This document shows positions 1 to 9,253 of a DNA stretch of 64,000 nt, piece by piece. Origin of the DNA: an uncultured Roseibacillus sp. Lineage in GTDB: Bacteria; Verrucomicrobiota; Verrucomicrobiia; Verrucomicrobiales; Akkermansiaceae. Position numbers and translations under genes: made by a program. Numbering within the stretch: position 1 is the stretch's first letter; each line of letters starts with the position of its first letter. The notes beneath the pieces are model-generated. The model saw only the letters and a list, made by a program, of their open reading frames with translations, searched no databases and was not told where the DNA came from. The stretch is from NCBI GenBank assembly GCA_964444495.1, contig CAYUHN010000001.1, positions 1,834 to 65,833 on the forward strand, read 5' to 3'.

Positions 1-1
1 T

Positions 2-148
2 GGGGATTTAGAGGTTCAATTGGATGAGGGGGAAGTTCGAGATGGGAATCTAGTCTATGCGCGTTCGCAGTTGGCGGATTGGAGTAAGCGGGAAGTGATT
101 GTGATTGGTCGTCAGACAGGGAGGGCGCGATATGTTGATACGCAATAG
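2..148 (+). CDS. 3' end of a gene truncated by the window edge (product unknown, probably part of the pseudopilin operon)
   Basis: Frame 2 is open from the window edge to TAG at 146-148 (...VIVIGRQTGRARYVDTQ*). It ends just before or overlapping the start of the next co-directional gene. Confidence 0.35.
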   Translation, partial: GDLEVQLDEGEVRDGNLVYARSQLADWSKREVIVIGRQTGRARYVDTQ

Positions 149-731
149 TTTTGTGATGAAAATAGTTCCGAGGAAGGCAGGCTTTACGCTTACAGAGGTA
201 ATGCTGACCCTGGCGGTGATGGCTGTTGTTTTACCGGTTTTATTTGGTCTTGTCGCTGCAGGTAATTTTACAGGATTACGGGCGGAGCGAAAGACGCGGG
301 CGATCTATTCTGCTGAAGTGGTGTTTGAGGAGATTCGACGTGCTCTCAATGGTAACGGAAGTGTTATAATGAGCGATGATTTGCCTTGGGGGCAAGCTGT
401 GGTGAGTTCGGATGGGACTGGATTTACAAATCCTGGTGATGGCGGTGGCGAAGACGGTTGGCTGATTCTGCGTCTAGATTCGGATGGGAGGATCCTTGGG
501 GTCGCCGATATGAGATACGAGGAAGGTTTGCGAGAGACTCCACAACCAGGCGAACGCCCTGTAGCTGGAATTGCAGCAATTCGAGGAAGTAGCTTTCAGT
601 TGGAGAATGCGGAATTTGTTGAGGGTGAGCCAATGTCTTTGGCAAATATTGAGGTGCGTATTGAGTATCCGGCGCAAGCGGCGGTCGGTAATCGACAAAG
701 CGAGGTATTTTTTAAAGGTCGAACGTTTTAG
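105..731 (+). CDS. prepilin-type N-terminal cleavage/methylation domain protein (minor pseudopilin-like)
   Basis: KAGFTLTEVMLTLAVMAVVLPVLFGLV matches the G|FTL(T)E prepilin motif followed by a hydrophobic helix. The true start is probably ATG 132 or 156 (short basic leader MKIVPRKAG). The next gene follows after 2 nt. Confidence 0.8.
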   Translation: MVVRQGGRDMLIRNSFVMKIVPRKAGFTLTEVMLTLAVMAVVLPVLFGLVAAGNFTGLRAERKTRAIYSAEVVFEEIRRALNGNGSVIMSDDLPWGQAVVSSDGTGFTNPGDGGGEDGWLILRLDSDGRILGVADMRYEEGLRETPQPGERPVAGIAAIRGSSFQLENAEFVEGEPMSLANIEVRIEYPAQAAVGNRQSEVFFKGRTF

Positions 732-733
732 AT

Positions 734-1510
734 ATGAATTTGAACGTAGTAGAGATGGAAAAACGTTTTCACTCGGGCTTTACTCTGGTCGAGGTATTGG
801 TGTCGGCGGTCTTGAGCACGGGTCTGTTGTTGGGATTGGGGGTGGCGATTTCGGTTTCTATGCAGGGGTATTCGACTGCCACTACTCGAACTGGTGCATT
901 GACTGAAGCTCGCACAGTGACTCGTCTCTTACGTGATGATTTAGCGACGATGTTGGGAACCTCCGATGAGCAATTTTTTTGGTCAGGGGATGATGAACGT
1001 AATCATGAAATCGCATTTCTGACGCTCAAGCCGATACGGTCTCAGGCTGAGAGTGAGGCGGTTAGTGATGTTTGTATGGTGCATTATTTCACGGCAATTA
1101 CTCGAGATTCACCTCGAGAAGATCCCATCTTCTCTCGCAAACTTTATCGTCGCTTTCTCAGCAGCGGAGAAGTGGTTGGAGCGCTTCGAAGAGGCGAATT
1201 GCCAGATCTTTCTAACGATCCTGATGAGGCCGAAGCCATTGCCTTCAATGTAGCTCGTTTCAATGTTCAACCTTTGCAAGGGGGCGAAGGGAGCGGGGCG
1301 CTCTTTGAGTGGGTGCCAGGAAATGGTGAGCCGAATGCGCTTTCAGTTCGCCTTGATTTCATCGCCGAGGATGCAGCGAGGACTTTGCGAACTGAGCAGG
1401 ACTGGGAATTTGAAACCCAAGTCGCTCATGGTCTCTTAGGAATTGATGTTGATGGGATAACTCGAAAACACACTCACCAATACGATCTCGAACTTGAACT
1501 TGGACAATGA
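734..1510 (+). CDS. prepilin-type N-terminal cleavage/methylation domain protein (minor pseudopilin-like)
   Basis: HSGFTLVEVLVSAVLSTGLLLGL is a prepilin motif with Glu at +5. There is an ATGA stop/start overlap with the next gene at 1507-1510. Confidence 0.8.
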   Translation: MNLNVVEMEKRFHSGFTLVEVLVSAVLSTGLLLGLGVAISVSMQGYSTATTRTGALTEARTVTRLLRDDLATMLGTSDEQFFWSGDDERNHEIAFLTLKPIRSQAESEAVSDVCMVHYFTAITRDSPREDPIFSRKLYRRFLSSGEVVGALRRGELPDLSNDPDEAEAIAFNVARFNVQPLQGGEGSGALFEWVPGNGEPNALSVRLDFIAEDAARTLRTEQDWEFETQVAHGLLGIDVDGITRKHTHQYDLELELGQ

Positions 1511-4500
1511 AAAGAAAAATTTTTTCCCATAACCTTGCAAGTCCCAGTAAGTGTCCTCGTGGTTTTTCGCTTGCAGCTGTGGTGGCAGCTACAGCGGGGT
1601 TGATGATTCTTCTTTTGGCTTTGACCGCCATTGTGCAACTCGACTTTCAGACTTCCAGGTCGGATAGCTCTGTTTATCAAGCGGAGTTAGCAGTTGATTT
1701 TGCTTTTGAAGAAGCGACCAACGTGCTCCGGACCGCGACTGCGAATGATCATTATGCTATTGCAGTAGTTCCGCATGCGGTGCCTTTTGATGATGATGGA
1801 GATGGTTCGATTAGTATCTTCGAAGATGGGCAAATTGATCCGAATTTGCAGGAAGAGGGTCGACCATATCTTTATGCGATTCACGGTGAGGTCGGGAACG
1901 GTTCTGATTCGCCGAGTTATCGTTTTCTACCTCTCTTTGCTTCTCGCCAAGCCCCGGCTTTGCAATCTCATGTGGATGGTGGAGGGCTGACGCATCCGGC
2001 GGTGCCCGATGTTGATGAGCAGGGGGGAGAATTATCAGATGATGATAGCTCTGATTCTACTGCTACGGTGGTGGTCGGAACTCCTTACTTGCAGCCTCCG
2101 GTGACCTCATGGCGAGTGCTGCGAAATGAAGAAGGGGAGGCGATTGCTCGTTATTCTTATTGGGTTGAGGATATGCAGGGGAGGCTTGATGCTGGTTTGA
2201 GTTCGGGAAATCAAGTGGCAGGACGCCATGCTCGGGCTAATGAAGTTTGGGATTCAGATGTTGATAACTGGAATCCTCTCATTTCTGAAATTGCGGAAAA
2301 TTACGGAAACGGTGGTGGAGAGATTCCGCTTTGGCCTGCTCCAGGTTTGAATCCTCGTCATATAGAAGTCGCTCTTCCGTTTCCTCCCGAGCCTCTTTTA
2401 GGAGAGGTGGCAGCGCATACGGTTGATTTAGAAACGAATGGTTTAGTAGATGAGTCCGCGTTAGATGATGCGGTGCGAACCCAAGGTGAGTTTGCTCCGA
2501 CGACGAATAGTCTCCTTGCTTTGACTGGAGTCTCTGCCCCGCTCGAGCGGGAGCGGTTTGGTGCTGACCGTGGACGTCTAGAGTTAGTCCGTAGTGGTGC
2601 TCTGCAGGGGCGCCATGTGGAAGAAAACTTTGTCACTGGAAACCGGGGTTGGTTTGAGCAAGCGCTTGTTCCCTTCACTCCAGGTTTGCAAGGTTCCGTT
2701 ATGGGGGCTCCAAGGCGGAATTTGAATTTGTATCTCAGTCAAGCGGCAGGAGCGGCAAATAATACTGGTCTGGCTTCGACCTTTATCACGGATTCTATAG
2801 TTGGTGACTTCTCGAATTTTGTTGCTGCCGCTCTTCCTAGCTTTGCTTCTGAACGACGAGGTGGTTTCCCTGAGGACTATCTACAGACGATCGCAGCAAA
2901 CGCGATCGATTATGCTGATGTGAATTCTGAACCTGTTGTGAACGAGGGTGCTTATCGAGGTGTTGATGCTCATCCGTTAGTTTCAGAGTATGCTTCGACA
3001 TTTACTTGGAGCTGGTTGGATCATATTGATGATTTGCCCGCACCCGAACCTGGATTGACAAATAATTTTCGCTTCGAAGCGAACGGGAATGCCTACGCGC
3101 TGCTTACGATCGAGATATTTGCTGAGGTCTGGAATATGAGCAATCATCCCATCGAGGGAGAGGTGCAAATGGCTTTCGATAGCGGATTGGTTTTTCGGGT
3201 TGGATCGAATCCTGGGCTGCCGCTTGGAGGTTCGATTTTGGATAAAGATACAGTGGCTTTCGATACGGAAGGCTTTTCTTTCCATTCTCTCGAGCAGGAA
3301 GACGATGGTCGTTACTATTTTCCTAGTCGAAGTGTTCGGTTGGCACCAAATGCTTATCGCTTGATTCGTTTTGGGAGTGTTCGCTATGCTCTGTATGTCG
3401 GGGACGAGGATTTTTTTATTCCTGCTCCTTTGCCGGAACTCACTCTTGATGATGCGAGAGAATATAGGCTGCGTTGGAATGGGGTTTTGTGTGATAGGAC
3501 TCCGCAGGGCTTGGAAGAGTTTTCTATCGCTGATTTGGGCCTGCGAGAAAACGATACCTCGGCAAATGTCTGTGGAACGTGGGGAGAGTTTGGCTCGTTC
3601 TATACCGGAATGCATGATGTTCGCCATTCGTGGTGGGCAGGGTTGAATACGTCTGAAGCTCCCGCTCCTGTCTCGCGGAATGCGTATCCTGATAATTTTA
3701 GTCCGGGCCGTCGCAACGTTCGCTTCGGAACAATAGGTGATCGTGAGGAGGAGCCTTTTGCGCGCGCCTTGCCTTCGGAGTGGCCGGATGGAGGACATGA
3801 TTCGACTTTCGATGTAGATACTTTTCGTGATTTAACCTCTACGGATAGTCAGAGAAGGCCAGATAATCCCGATTTTCTTTCGATGGAATTACCTGCCGAA
3901 CCTACCAAGTCGCCGGTTTTTCTTTCCGGATTGGGGCGCTTCTTTAGCGAGACAGAGCTTGGGAATATCTTTGATCCAATTATGTGGAGAGGAGATACGA
4001 ATCCTGGCGAGAGCATCGAAACATGGCCCTATCAAGAGTTCAACAGTGGTGGAGAGTCCGAGGTTTCGGTTGATGCTGAGCCGGCGCAGCATGTAGGTGG
4101 CGGAAATACTCTTCGTATTGGTCGTCCTGAACATGGTCGCTTTGCCCAGGATCCTGGGACGAGAGCCTCTCGGTTGTTGGATCTCTTTCACTGTGGTCGC
4201 CCTTTTTCGATCAATCCAACTGAGCAAACTGGTCAAGTTCGCTGGGTTAATGGGCATATCAATATTAATACGGCTAACCGGGAAGTGATTCGAGCGCTGG
4301 CGGCGGGGGTGCTTCAGACTGATCGTGAAATCGCGAGGGAAACGTCTTTTGATACTTCACGCCGGTTTGCTCCGAGAACATCGGACCGTTACGGCGAAGT
4401 GTCTGCTACAGATGGGTTCAATTCATCGAATGGTGCTACGGATGAAGCGGGAGTTATTGCCGATGCCATTATTGCGAGTCGTCCATTTATTTCTCGTTCA

Positions 4501-4854
4501 CAACTTGCAGATTTGCGTTACCCAGATGACTTTGAATTTGAGAATTTGCAAGGGGAGTTGGTGTTTGGAAATCTTCTTAATCATAGCTTAGAGGATAACT
4601 TGCAGCGTTCTGACCGAGCAGCGGAAGAAGTGTTCGCACGTGTTTATAATTCAACCACTGTGCGGAGTCGGAACTTCCAAGTTCATGTGGTAGGGCAAGC
4701 ATTGCGACAGAGCCCTTCCGGTCGAGTACAGGTTCTCTCCACAAGGAGAAAGAGTTTTCGTGTTTTTGTTGATGCGGATAACCGAGATGCGTCAACGGGA
4801 ATATTTGATGTTCAGGACATGGATGTAGAGATCTTCGATGAAGTCAATTTATAG
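1507..4854 (+). CDS. giant GspK-like pseudopilin (1115 aa)
   Basis: The N-terminus PRGFSLAAVVAATAGLMILLLALTAIV is pilin-like, with Ala instead of Glu at +5 as in GspK-type minor pseudopilins. Near the C-terminus, HININTANREVIRALAAGV (about nt 4255-4310) and SRSQLADL (about nt 4470-4520) resemble the helix-hairpin-helix / SAM-like motifs of GspK. It is a long uninterrupted ORF within an operon. Confidence 0.7.
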   Translation: MKRKIFSHNLASPSKCPRGFSLAAVVAATAGLMILLLALTAIVQLDFQTSRSDSSVYQAELAVDFAFEEATNVLRTATANDHYAIAVVPHAVPFDDDGDGSISIFEDGQIDPNLQEEGRPYLYAIHGEVGNGSDSPSYRFLPLFASRQAPALQSHVDGGGLTHPAVPDVDEQGGELSDDDSSDSTATVVVGTPYLQPPVTSWRVLRNEEGEAIARYSYWVEDMQGRLDAGLSSGNQVAGRHARANEVWDSDVDNWNPLISEIAENYGNGGGEIPLWPAPGLNPRHIEVALPFPPEPLLGEVAAHTVDLETNGLVDESALDDAVRTQGEFAPTTNSLLALTGVSAPLERERFGADRGRLELVRSGALQGRHVEENFVTGNRGWFEQALVPFTPGLQGSVMGAPRRNLNLYLSQAAGAANNTGLASTFITDSIVGDFSNFVAAALPSFASERRGGFPEDYLQTIAANAIDYADVNSEPVVNEGAYRGVDAHPLVSEYASTFTWSWLDHIDDLPAPEPGLTNNFRFEANGNAYALLTIEIFAEVWNMSNHPIEGEVQMAFDSGLVFRVGSNPGLPLGGSILDKDTVAFDTEGFSFHSLEQEDDGRYYFPSRSVRLAPNAYRLIRFGSVRYALYVGDEDFFIPAPLPELTLDDAREYRLRWNGVLCDRTPQGLEEFSIADLGLRENDTSANVCGTWGEFGSFYTGMHDVRHSWWAGLNTSEAPAPVSRNAYPDNFSPGRRNVRFGTIGDREEEPFARALPSEWPDGGHDSTFDVDTFRDLTSTDSQRRPDNPDFLSMELPAEPTKSPVFLSGLGRFFSETELGNIFDPIMWRGDTNPGESIETWPYQEFNSGGESEVSVDAEPAQHVGGGNTLRIGRPEHGRFAQDPGTRASRLLDLFHCGRPFSINPTEQTGQVRWVNGHININTANREVIRALAAGVLQTDREIARETSFDTSRRFAPRTSDRYGEVSATDGFNSSNGATDEAGVIADAIIASRPFISRSQLADLRYPDDFEFENLQGELVFGNLLNHSLEDNLQRSDRAAEEVFARVYNSTTVRSRNFQVHVVGQALRQSPSGRVQVLSTRRKSFRVFVDADNRDASTGIFDVQDMDVEIFDEVNL

Positions 4855-5539
4855 AGTTGTTGCGATCTGGAGTTGCTGGTTGGTGTTGAATTCGTTGGCA
4901 AGAGCGCAAGAGGGTTCTTCAAGTAAGAGTTTTGTGACTCTAGTTAATGTGGCAACGGCCGGTTCTGATCGGCTTCATATGAAAGTAAACGGCAAGACGA
5001 TTTACGAGCCGGGTTATTCTGCAGGCCAGTATACTGGATGTATGGTTTTTGATTCGGGGACTCTCAAAGTGGAGCTAGTGAAAGAAGGGTGTTTTCCCGC
5101 TGAGAGAACTTTGTCTCTGGCAGCGGGCAAGACAACGACTTTGATTGTTTATGCGGAGGAGATTTTTGAGAAAGACACGGAAAGCTCTCTTGGCTTTCAG
5201 CTTCGTTTGGCAACTCTTCCCCAGAAGACTGTGAGTGATGGGGTGGGGGCCAGTTTTGTGTCGTTTCTTTTGAATGAGGAAGTGAGTTTGAAAGTAAAGG
5301 ACCTGGTGAGCAAAACAGAAATTCGCAAAGTGCTGAATCCTCTCAAGAGAGAAGACGTGCTTCTCTCTGGGGGTGGTGAAACTCGGGCACAGGTGAGCGT
5401 GGGTGGTCAATACGTGGGTTCGATTAAAACGAAGACAAATGGGAATCGCGTCGCCATTTTGTGGAGAGACGAGAAGGAAAAGTTACGACTTATTAACTTC
5501 TATGATGCCGCTTATTCCGTCTCGGAAAAAGGGAATTAG
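4838..5539 (+). CDS. secreted hypothetical protein, last gene of the pseudopilin operon
   Basis: Signal peptide MKSIYRVVAIWSCWLVLNSLARAQE. The start overlaps the stop of the GspK-like gene by 17 nt. No motif recognised with confidence. Confidence 0.6.
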   Translation: MKSIYRVVAIWSCWLVLNSLARAQEGSSSKSFVTLVNVATAGSDRLHMKVNGKTIYEPGYSAGQYTGCMVFDSGTLKVELVKEGCFPAERTLSLAAGKTTTLIVYAEEIFEKDTESSLGFQLRLATLPQKTVSDGVGASFVSFLLNEEVSLKVKDLVSKTEIRKVLNPLKREDVLLSGGGETRAQVSVGGQYVGSIKTKTNGNRVAILWRDEKEKLRLINFYDAAYSVSEKGN

Positions 5540-5561
5540 ATTACTTTAGTAGTTCTCGTTT

Positions 5562-6815
5562 TTAGGCGATCTCTTCTTCTTTAAGTTGAGGGATCAGGTT
5601 GAGCCAGGTTGTGGCGAAGAGGATAAAGAGAGTCGGCGTGATAAGATAGGTTGCGGTAAGGTCTTCCCCTAGTAGAGCGGAGAAGCTAATGATTAGACCG
5701 AGGCTAGTGACTACGAGGGTGCTACTTCCGAAAATCCATCGGCCCAATTTATTAGGATTGGTCCAAAACATAGCGTTCAGCAGTGCGCTTGCGAAGAGAG
5801 TGACCCCAAGAAAGAGGAGAAAAGCGGAGGGGAAAAGAAAGGTGGAGAGAATAATAAGAATTCCTAGAATGGTGAACCCTCCGACAAAGAACCCTTCTAG
5901 TTTTTCTCTTTGAGTAAGTGCATAGCGTGCTGAACGATCACAGAGAATGGAGAGATTTCCAATGCCACGGAGAAGATAGGAGCCAAGAATAAAGAATAAG
6001 TAGAGGATTACAAAGAGGATCATCAAGCGTGGGTCAATCTTAGCAAGGATTTTGGAGAGAACCTGATAGCCGATAAAGATCCCTATGATAAAAAGGGTTT
6101 GCTTGGAGCCGCTGAAGCGAGAAAGAAAAAAGATCCATTTGAGGTAAAGGCGATAGAAAGGAGAGCGAGCGCGGAAGCTATCGAGTAGCCCTCTTCGCGA
6201 TAACTCGCAGGTTGGGTCGAGGCGTAGGGATTCTCGGAAATGTTCTTCCGCTTTCTCTCGTTTGTTTTGTTGGAGGTAGCTCCAGCCTAGGTTGGAGTGA
6301 GCATAGGAATCCTCAGGGTCCTGGCTTAGAGAGTATTCGGCTTCAGCTAGAGATGCGGCGGTCTTTCCTTGTAAGCGCAGGCAAGTGGCAAGGAGATTTT
6401 GAGCGCCGAGGTTGTCAGGATCGAGTTCAAGGGCTTCTCGACAAGCCTTTTCTCCTTTGAACCAGTTTTCTTCGCACAAATAGGCTTGGGCCTTTGCGAG
6501 GCGAGCGTAACTATCTCCAGGGTCTAGGGCGATTGCTTCCTCAGCAGAGCGAAGAGCCTTATCGGGGCGCCCGAGGCTCACGAGAATCTCGGTTTGAATG
6601 GAAAATAGCTCGCTGTCTTCTGGCTCGAGTCGAATCGCATTCTGAATATCTTTAAGAGCTTCCTTGAGTTCGTCTCCCGCTTGGTAACGGGAGAGGGCTA
6701 GAAGGGTGTGTGCGTGGACGTCCTCGGGTTCATTCGCTAAATGAATGTGGATCGCGGCGATCGCCTCGGGGTAGCGACTGAGCTGATAGAGATGCTCGGC
6801 CTGTCGTAAGCTCAT
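5562..6815 (-). CDS. TPR-repeat protein fused to a polytopic membrane domain
   Basis: The N-terminal ~200 aa carry repeated TPR-like units (AIRLEPEDSE, AIALDPGDSYA, ALELDPDNLGA, SLSQDPEDSYAH, SLRLDPTCEL). The C-terminal ~200 aa contain about six long hydrophobic segments. It lies 18 nt downstream of the AAA+ gene. Confidence 0.75.
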   Translation of the reverse strand: MSLRQAEHLYQLSRYPEAIAAIHIHLANEPEDVHAHTLLALSRYQAGDELKEALKDIQNAIRLEPEDSELFSIQTEILVSLGRPDKALRSAEEAIALDPGDSYARLAKAQAYLCEENWFKGEKACREALELDPDNLGAQNLLATCLRLQGKTAASLAEAEYSLSQDPEDSYAHSNLGWSYLQQNKREKAEEHFRESLRLDPTCELSRRGLLDSFRARSPFYRLYLKWIFFLSRFSGSKQTLFIIGIFIGYQVLSKILAKIDPRLMILFVILYLFFILGSYLLRGIGNLSILCDRSARYALTQREKLEGFFVGGFTILGILIILSTFLFPSAFLLFLGVTLFASALLNAMFWTNPNKLGRWIFGSSTLVVTSLGLIISFSALLGEDLTATYLITPTLFILFATTWLNLIPQLKEEEIA

Positions 6816-6833
6816 AAGTGAAAAACAAGAAAA

Positions 6834-8246
6834 TTACTTCGAGATCTTGAGATACTGCAAGACTTCGTCGTAGAGGCCGCTTTGATTAGCGTAGAGAGCG
6901 TAGTTTTTGGCGCTCTCAAACCATTGAGTTGTGCTGGGCTTGACTACCTTAGAGGTTTTAGCGAGAGCCTTACCGGTAACGGGAATTATTTTTCCCGACT
7001 TCATCGCTTCGTTGAGTGTTTTCTCAATCGTTTGATCAAAGACGGCGCGAATGTCTGCTCCGCTAAAGCCAGCAGTGTGTTTGGCCAGGGTGGCTTCACC
7101 AAGATTAACGACTGGTTTCTCGCGAGCATGGATGCGGGCGATTTCCATACGAGCGTCTTCATCAGGAGGTGGGACAAAGAGGAGTCGATCAAAGCGTCCT
7201 GGGCGGAGAAAAGCTGAGTCCAGATGCCAAGGGGCGTTGGTGGCGCCAAGGATGAGAACGCCTTCGTTCTCGGCTTCGCTACCATCGAGTTCGGCGAGGA
7301 ATTGGTTGATAAGGCCTCGGGCCGCGGATTGTCGCATATCACGACGGTCAGCGGCTAGGGCGTCAACTTCGTCGAAGAAAAGGACGGTGGGTGCACTCTT
7401 GCGGGCCAGCTCGAAGATCTGGTGAAGTTTTTGTTCACTTTGCCCGATATACATGTCGAGGATTTGATGAAGACCGATGCTTAGGAAGTTGGCATCGATT
7501 TCACCGGCGGTTGCTTTGGCGAGGAGAGTTTTCCCGCAACCGGGAGGTCCATACATGAGAACCCCACCTCCGGCTTTTTTTCCGTAGGCTTTGAAAAGAT
7601 CAGGCTGTTGGAGGGGAAAGATGATTTTCATACGGATATTTTCTTTCACCTCGTTCATGCCGCCTACATCTTCGAATTTGACTTCGCCCTTTTTACTGAA
7701 TTCAAGGCCGAGGTCTCGTGCGGTTACCGCATCGAGGCCTTCAAGTTCATCGTCCTGGTCTTCAGTGTTTGAGTCGTTCCAGTCTTCGACGTAGCTTCCG
7801 TCATTAGCGACCTTTAATGCTTTTCCTATTGTTTTAGGTTCTGGGTTTTGTCCGCCTCCTTTGATGATGCGCTCAAGTAGGTCGTCGTCTCGAATTTCAG
7901 GCTTTAGCTTGATGGCTTGTTCATAGAAAGAGCGAGCTTCAGCGCCTTCGGATTTTTTAAGGGCAAGCTTGGCACGAAGAAGCCAAGCTTCAGCGAGTTC
8001 TGGGTTTTGACTACAAAGAGATTCCATCCGAACAAGGGCCTCGGTGGTCTTGTCGGCAAAGTCGAGGAGACGGGCAATTCCCATGAGAGCTTCCGGATTA
8101 TTCGGCTCTAGAGTGAGAATTCGGTCGTAGGTTTGGCGGGCTTCTTCGAGGTTGAATTCGTCTTCGGCAGCTTTGGCCACTAAGATGAGAAGTGGAATAT
8201 TATTGGGCGAGCCAGCAAGGGCTGCTTTGAGGGTGTTCAAATCCAT
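6834..8246 (-). CDS. TPR-domain AAA+ ATPase (classical CDC48/FtsH-like AAA module)
   Basis: Walker A GPPGCGKT, Walker B VLFFDEVD, and ATNAPWHLDSAFLRPGRFD (sensor / arginine-finger region). The N-terminus has TPR-like repeats (ILTLEPNNPEAL, QNPELAEAW). Start placed at ATG 8246 (MDLNTLK), because the longer ORF to 8354 would overlap the upstream gene. Confidence 0.85.
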   Translation of the reverse strand: MDLNTLKAALAGSPNNIPLLILVAKAAEDEFNLEEARQTYDRILTLEPNNPEALMGIARLLDFADKTTEALVRMESLCSQNPELAEAWLLRAKLALKKSEGAEARSFYEQAIKLKPEIRDDDLLERIIKGGGQNPEPKTIGKALKVANDGSYVEDWNDSNTEDQDDELEGLDAVTARDLGLEFSKKGEVKFEDVGGMNEVKENIRMKIIFPLQQPDLFKAYGKKAGGGVLMYGPPGCGKTLLAKATAGEIDANFLSIGLHQILDMYIGQSEQKLHQIFELARKSAPTVLFFDEVDALAADRRDMRQSAARGLINQFLAELDGSEAENEGVLILGATNAPWHLDSAFLRPGRFDRLLFVPPPDEDARMEIARIHAREKPVVNLGEATLAKHTAGFSGADIRAVFDQTIEKTLNEAMKSGKIIPVTGKALAKTSKVVKPSTTQWFESAKNYALYANQSGLYDEVLQYLKISK

Positions 8247-8302
8247 GGCTAGAGTGTGATGAAAGCGGTCGTCAGTGCACGAGGAAAAATTATGAAAATG
8301 GA

Positions 8303-9145
8303 CTAAAGAGCCTGAGCATAGGTTGCACAGCGATTCTGCCAACCTGCGTGCCAACGTTGATCTTTACCTCCTGAATTGGCAACTCTTCGAGCCATTACGG
8401 CTTTGGCTGCGCGGGAAAATTCCTGCGCGGCAGCTTGCCCAGTGTTGGTGCCTTGTATTTCTTGTAAAACTTGGAGTAGTCCCCAGCCTTTTCCATTGTA
8501 TCGCTCGGAGGGGTTGATGCCTTCACCTTTAAAGTTGACGTAGTCAATGAGGGCATATTGTCCGGAGGCGCTGGTAGCGGTGCGTTCATAGTTCGCACGC
8601 ACTCGAGCTGCATCCGGGCCAGCGGCTTGAAGAATTTTAGGTAGAGAAGCGCGAGATTTTGCGATGATGAAGTCGGTCTGAAGAGGAACATTGGCAGCAA
8701 GCCAATTGCGGAGTCCAGTCATTTCGGAACTATTGAAGGCGCTTCGGAAAGCTGAACGAGAGGGCCAAGGTGCTCCATTGTTCAAGGCGATTGGGGGAGG
8801 ATTGGAACCTTGTTGGCGTGCAAAGTTTACGAAAGAGGGCCAAGACTCCGTGTAGGGACCAGAGGTGCCTTTCGGGTACCAAATGAAGTGCCCAATCCCA
8901 AGAGAGGGGAAGGCTTCCCCTTCGTTCCAAGCAGTGAGCCCTGAGACTTTGCCCGCAGATTCATTTTGCCAAATTTTTTGTCCAATTTTCCGTTTTTGGG
9001 AGGCGGAGAGTTGAGATTGATTGGTGGCTACCGCAAGGGCTGGGCCGTTGGAGTTATCGAGAGTGGGAGTGCAAGAGGGGAACAGTATAAATAGGGCGGC
9101 AGTAGCCAGGCCACTCGCGCTAGTTGGGAGGGAAACAATTTTCAT
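8303..9145 (-). CDS. conserved-looking lipoprotein / secreted protein of unknown function
   Basis: MKIVSLPTSASGLATAALFILFPSC is a signal peptide with a lipobox-like Cys. Start moved to ATG 9145. No family recognised with confidence. Confidence 0.6.
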   Translation of the reverse strand: MKIVSLPTSASGLATAALFILFPSCTPTLDNSNGPALAVATNQSQLSASQKRKIGQKIWQNESAGKVSGLTAWNEGEAFPSLGIGHFIWYPKGTSGPYTESWPSFVNFARQQGSNPPPIALNNGAPWPSRSAFRSAFNSSEMTGLRNWLAANVPLQTDFIIAKSRASLPKILQAAGPDAARVRANYERTATSASGQYALIDYVNFKGEGINPSERYNGKGWGLLQVLQEIQGTNTGQAAAQEFSRAAKAVMARRVANSGGKDQRWHAGWQNRCATYAQAL

Positions 9146-9253
9146 CTCGTCGATGCTGCCTTTTGGGATGGGGAGCGTCAAGATGAGGAGCCGACAGTCA
9201 CAGCGTGATTCGGAGCTTTTAGAAGGTGCTAGAAGTCGCTATTTAGGAGGAAG

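Noticed and set aside
2983-3798. 271-aa minus-strand ORF inside the GspK-like gene
   Set aside because: It is entirely antisense to a much longer ORF with recognisable N- and C-terminal motifs. Its translation is Arg/Ser/Ile-rich with no motif, as is typical of a shadow frame.
8247-8354. N-terminal 36-residue extension of the AAA+ ORF (MARRLAESLCNLCSG...)
   Set aside because: It would overlap the 3' end of the upstream lipoprotein gene by about 50 nt, and it is Cys/His-rich. ATG 8246 (MDLNTLK) gives a clean start directly at the TPR domain.
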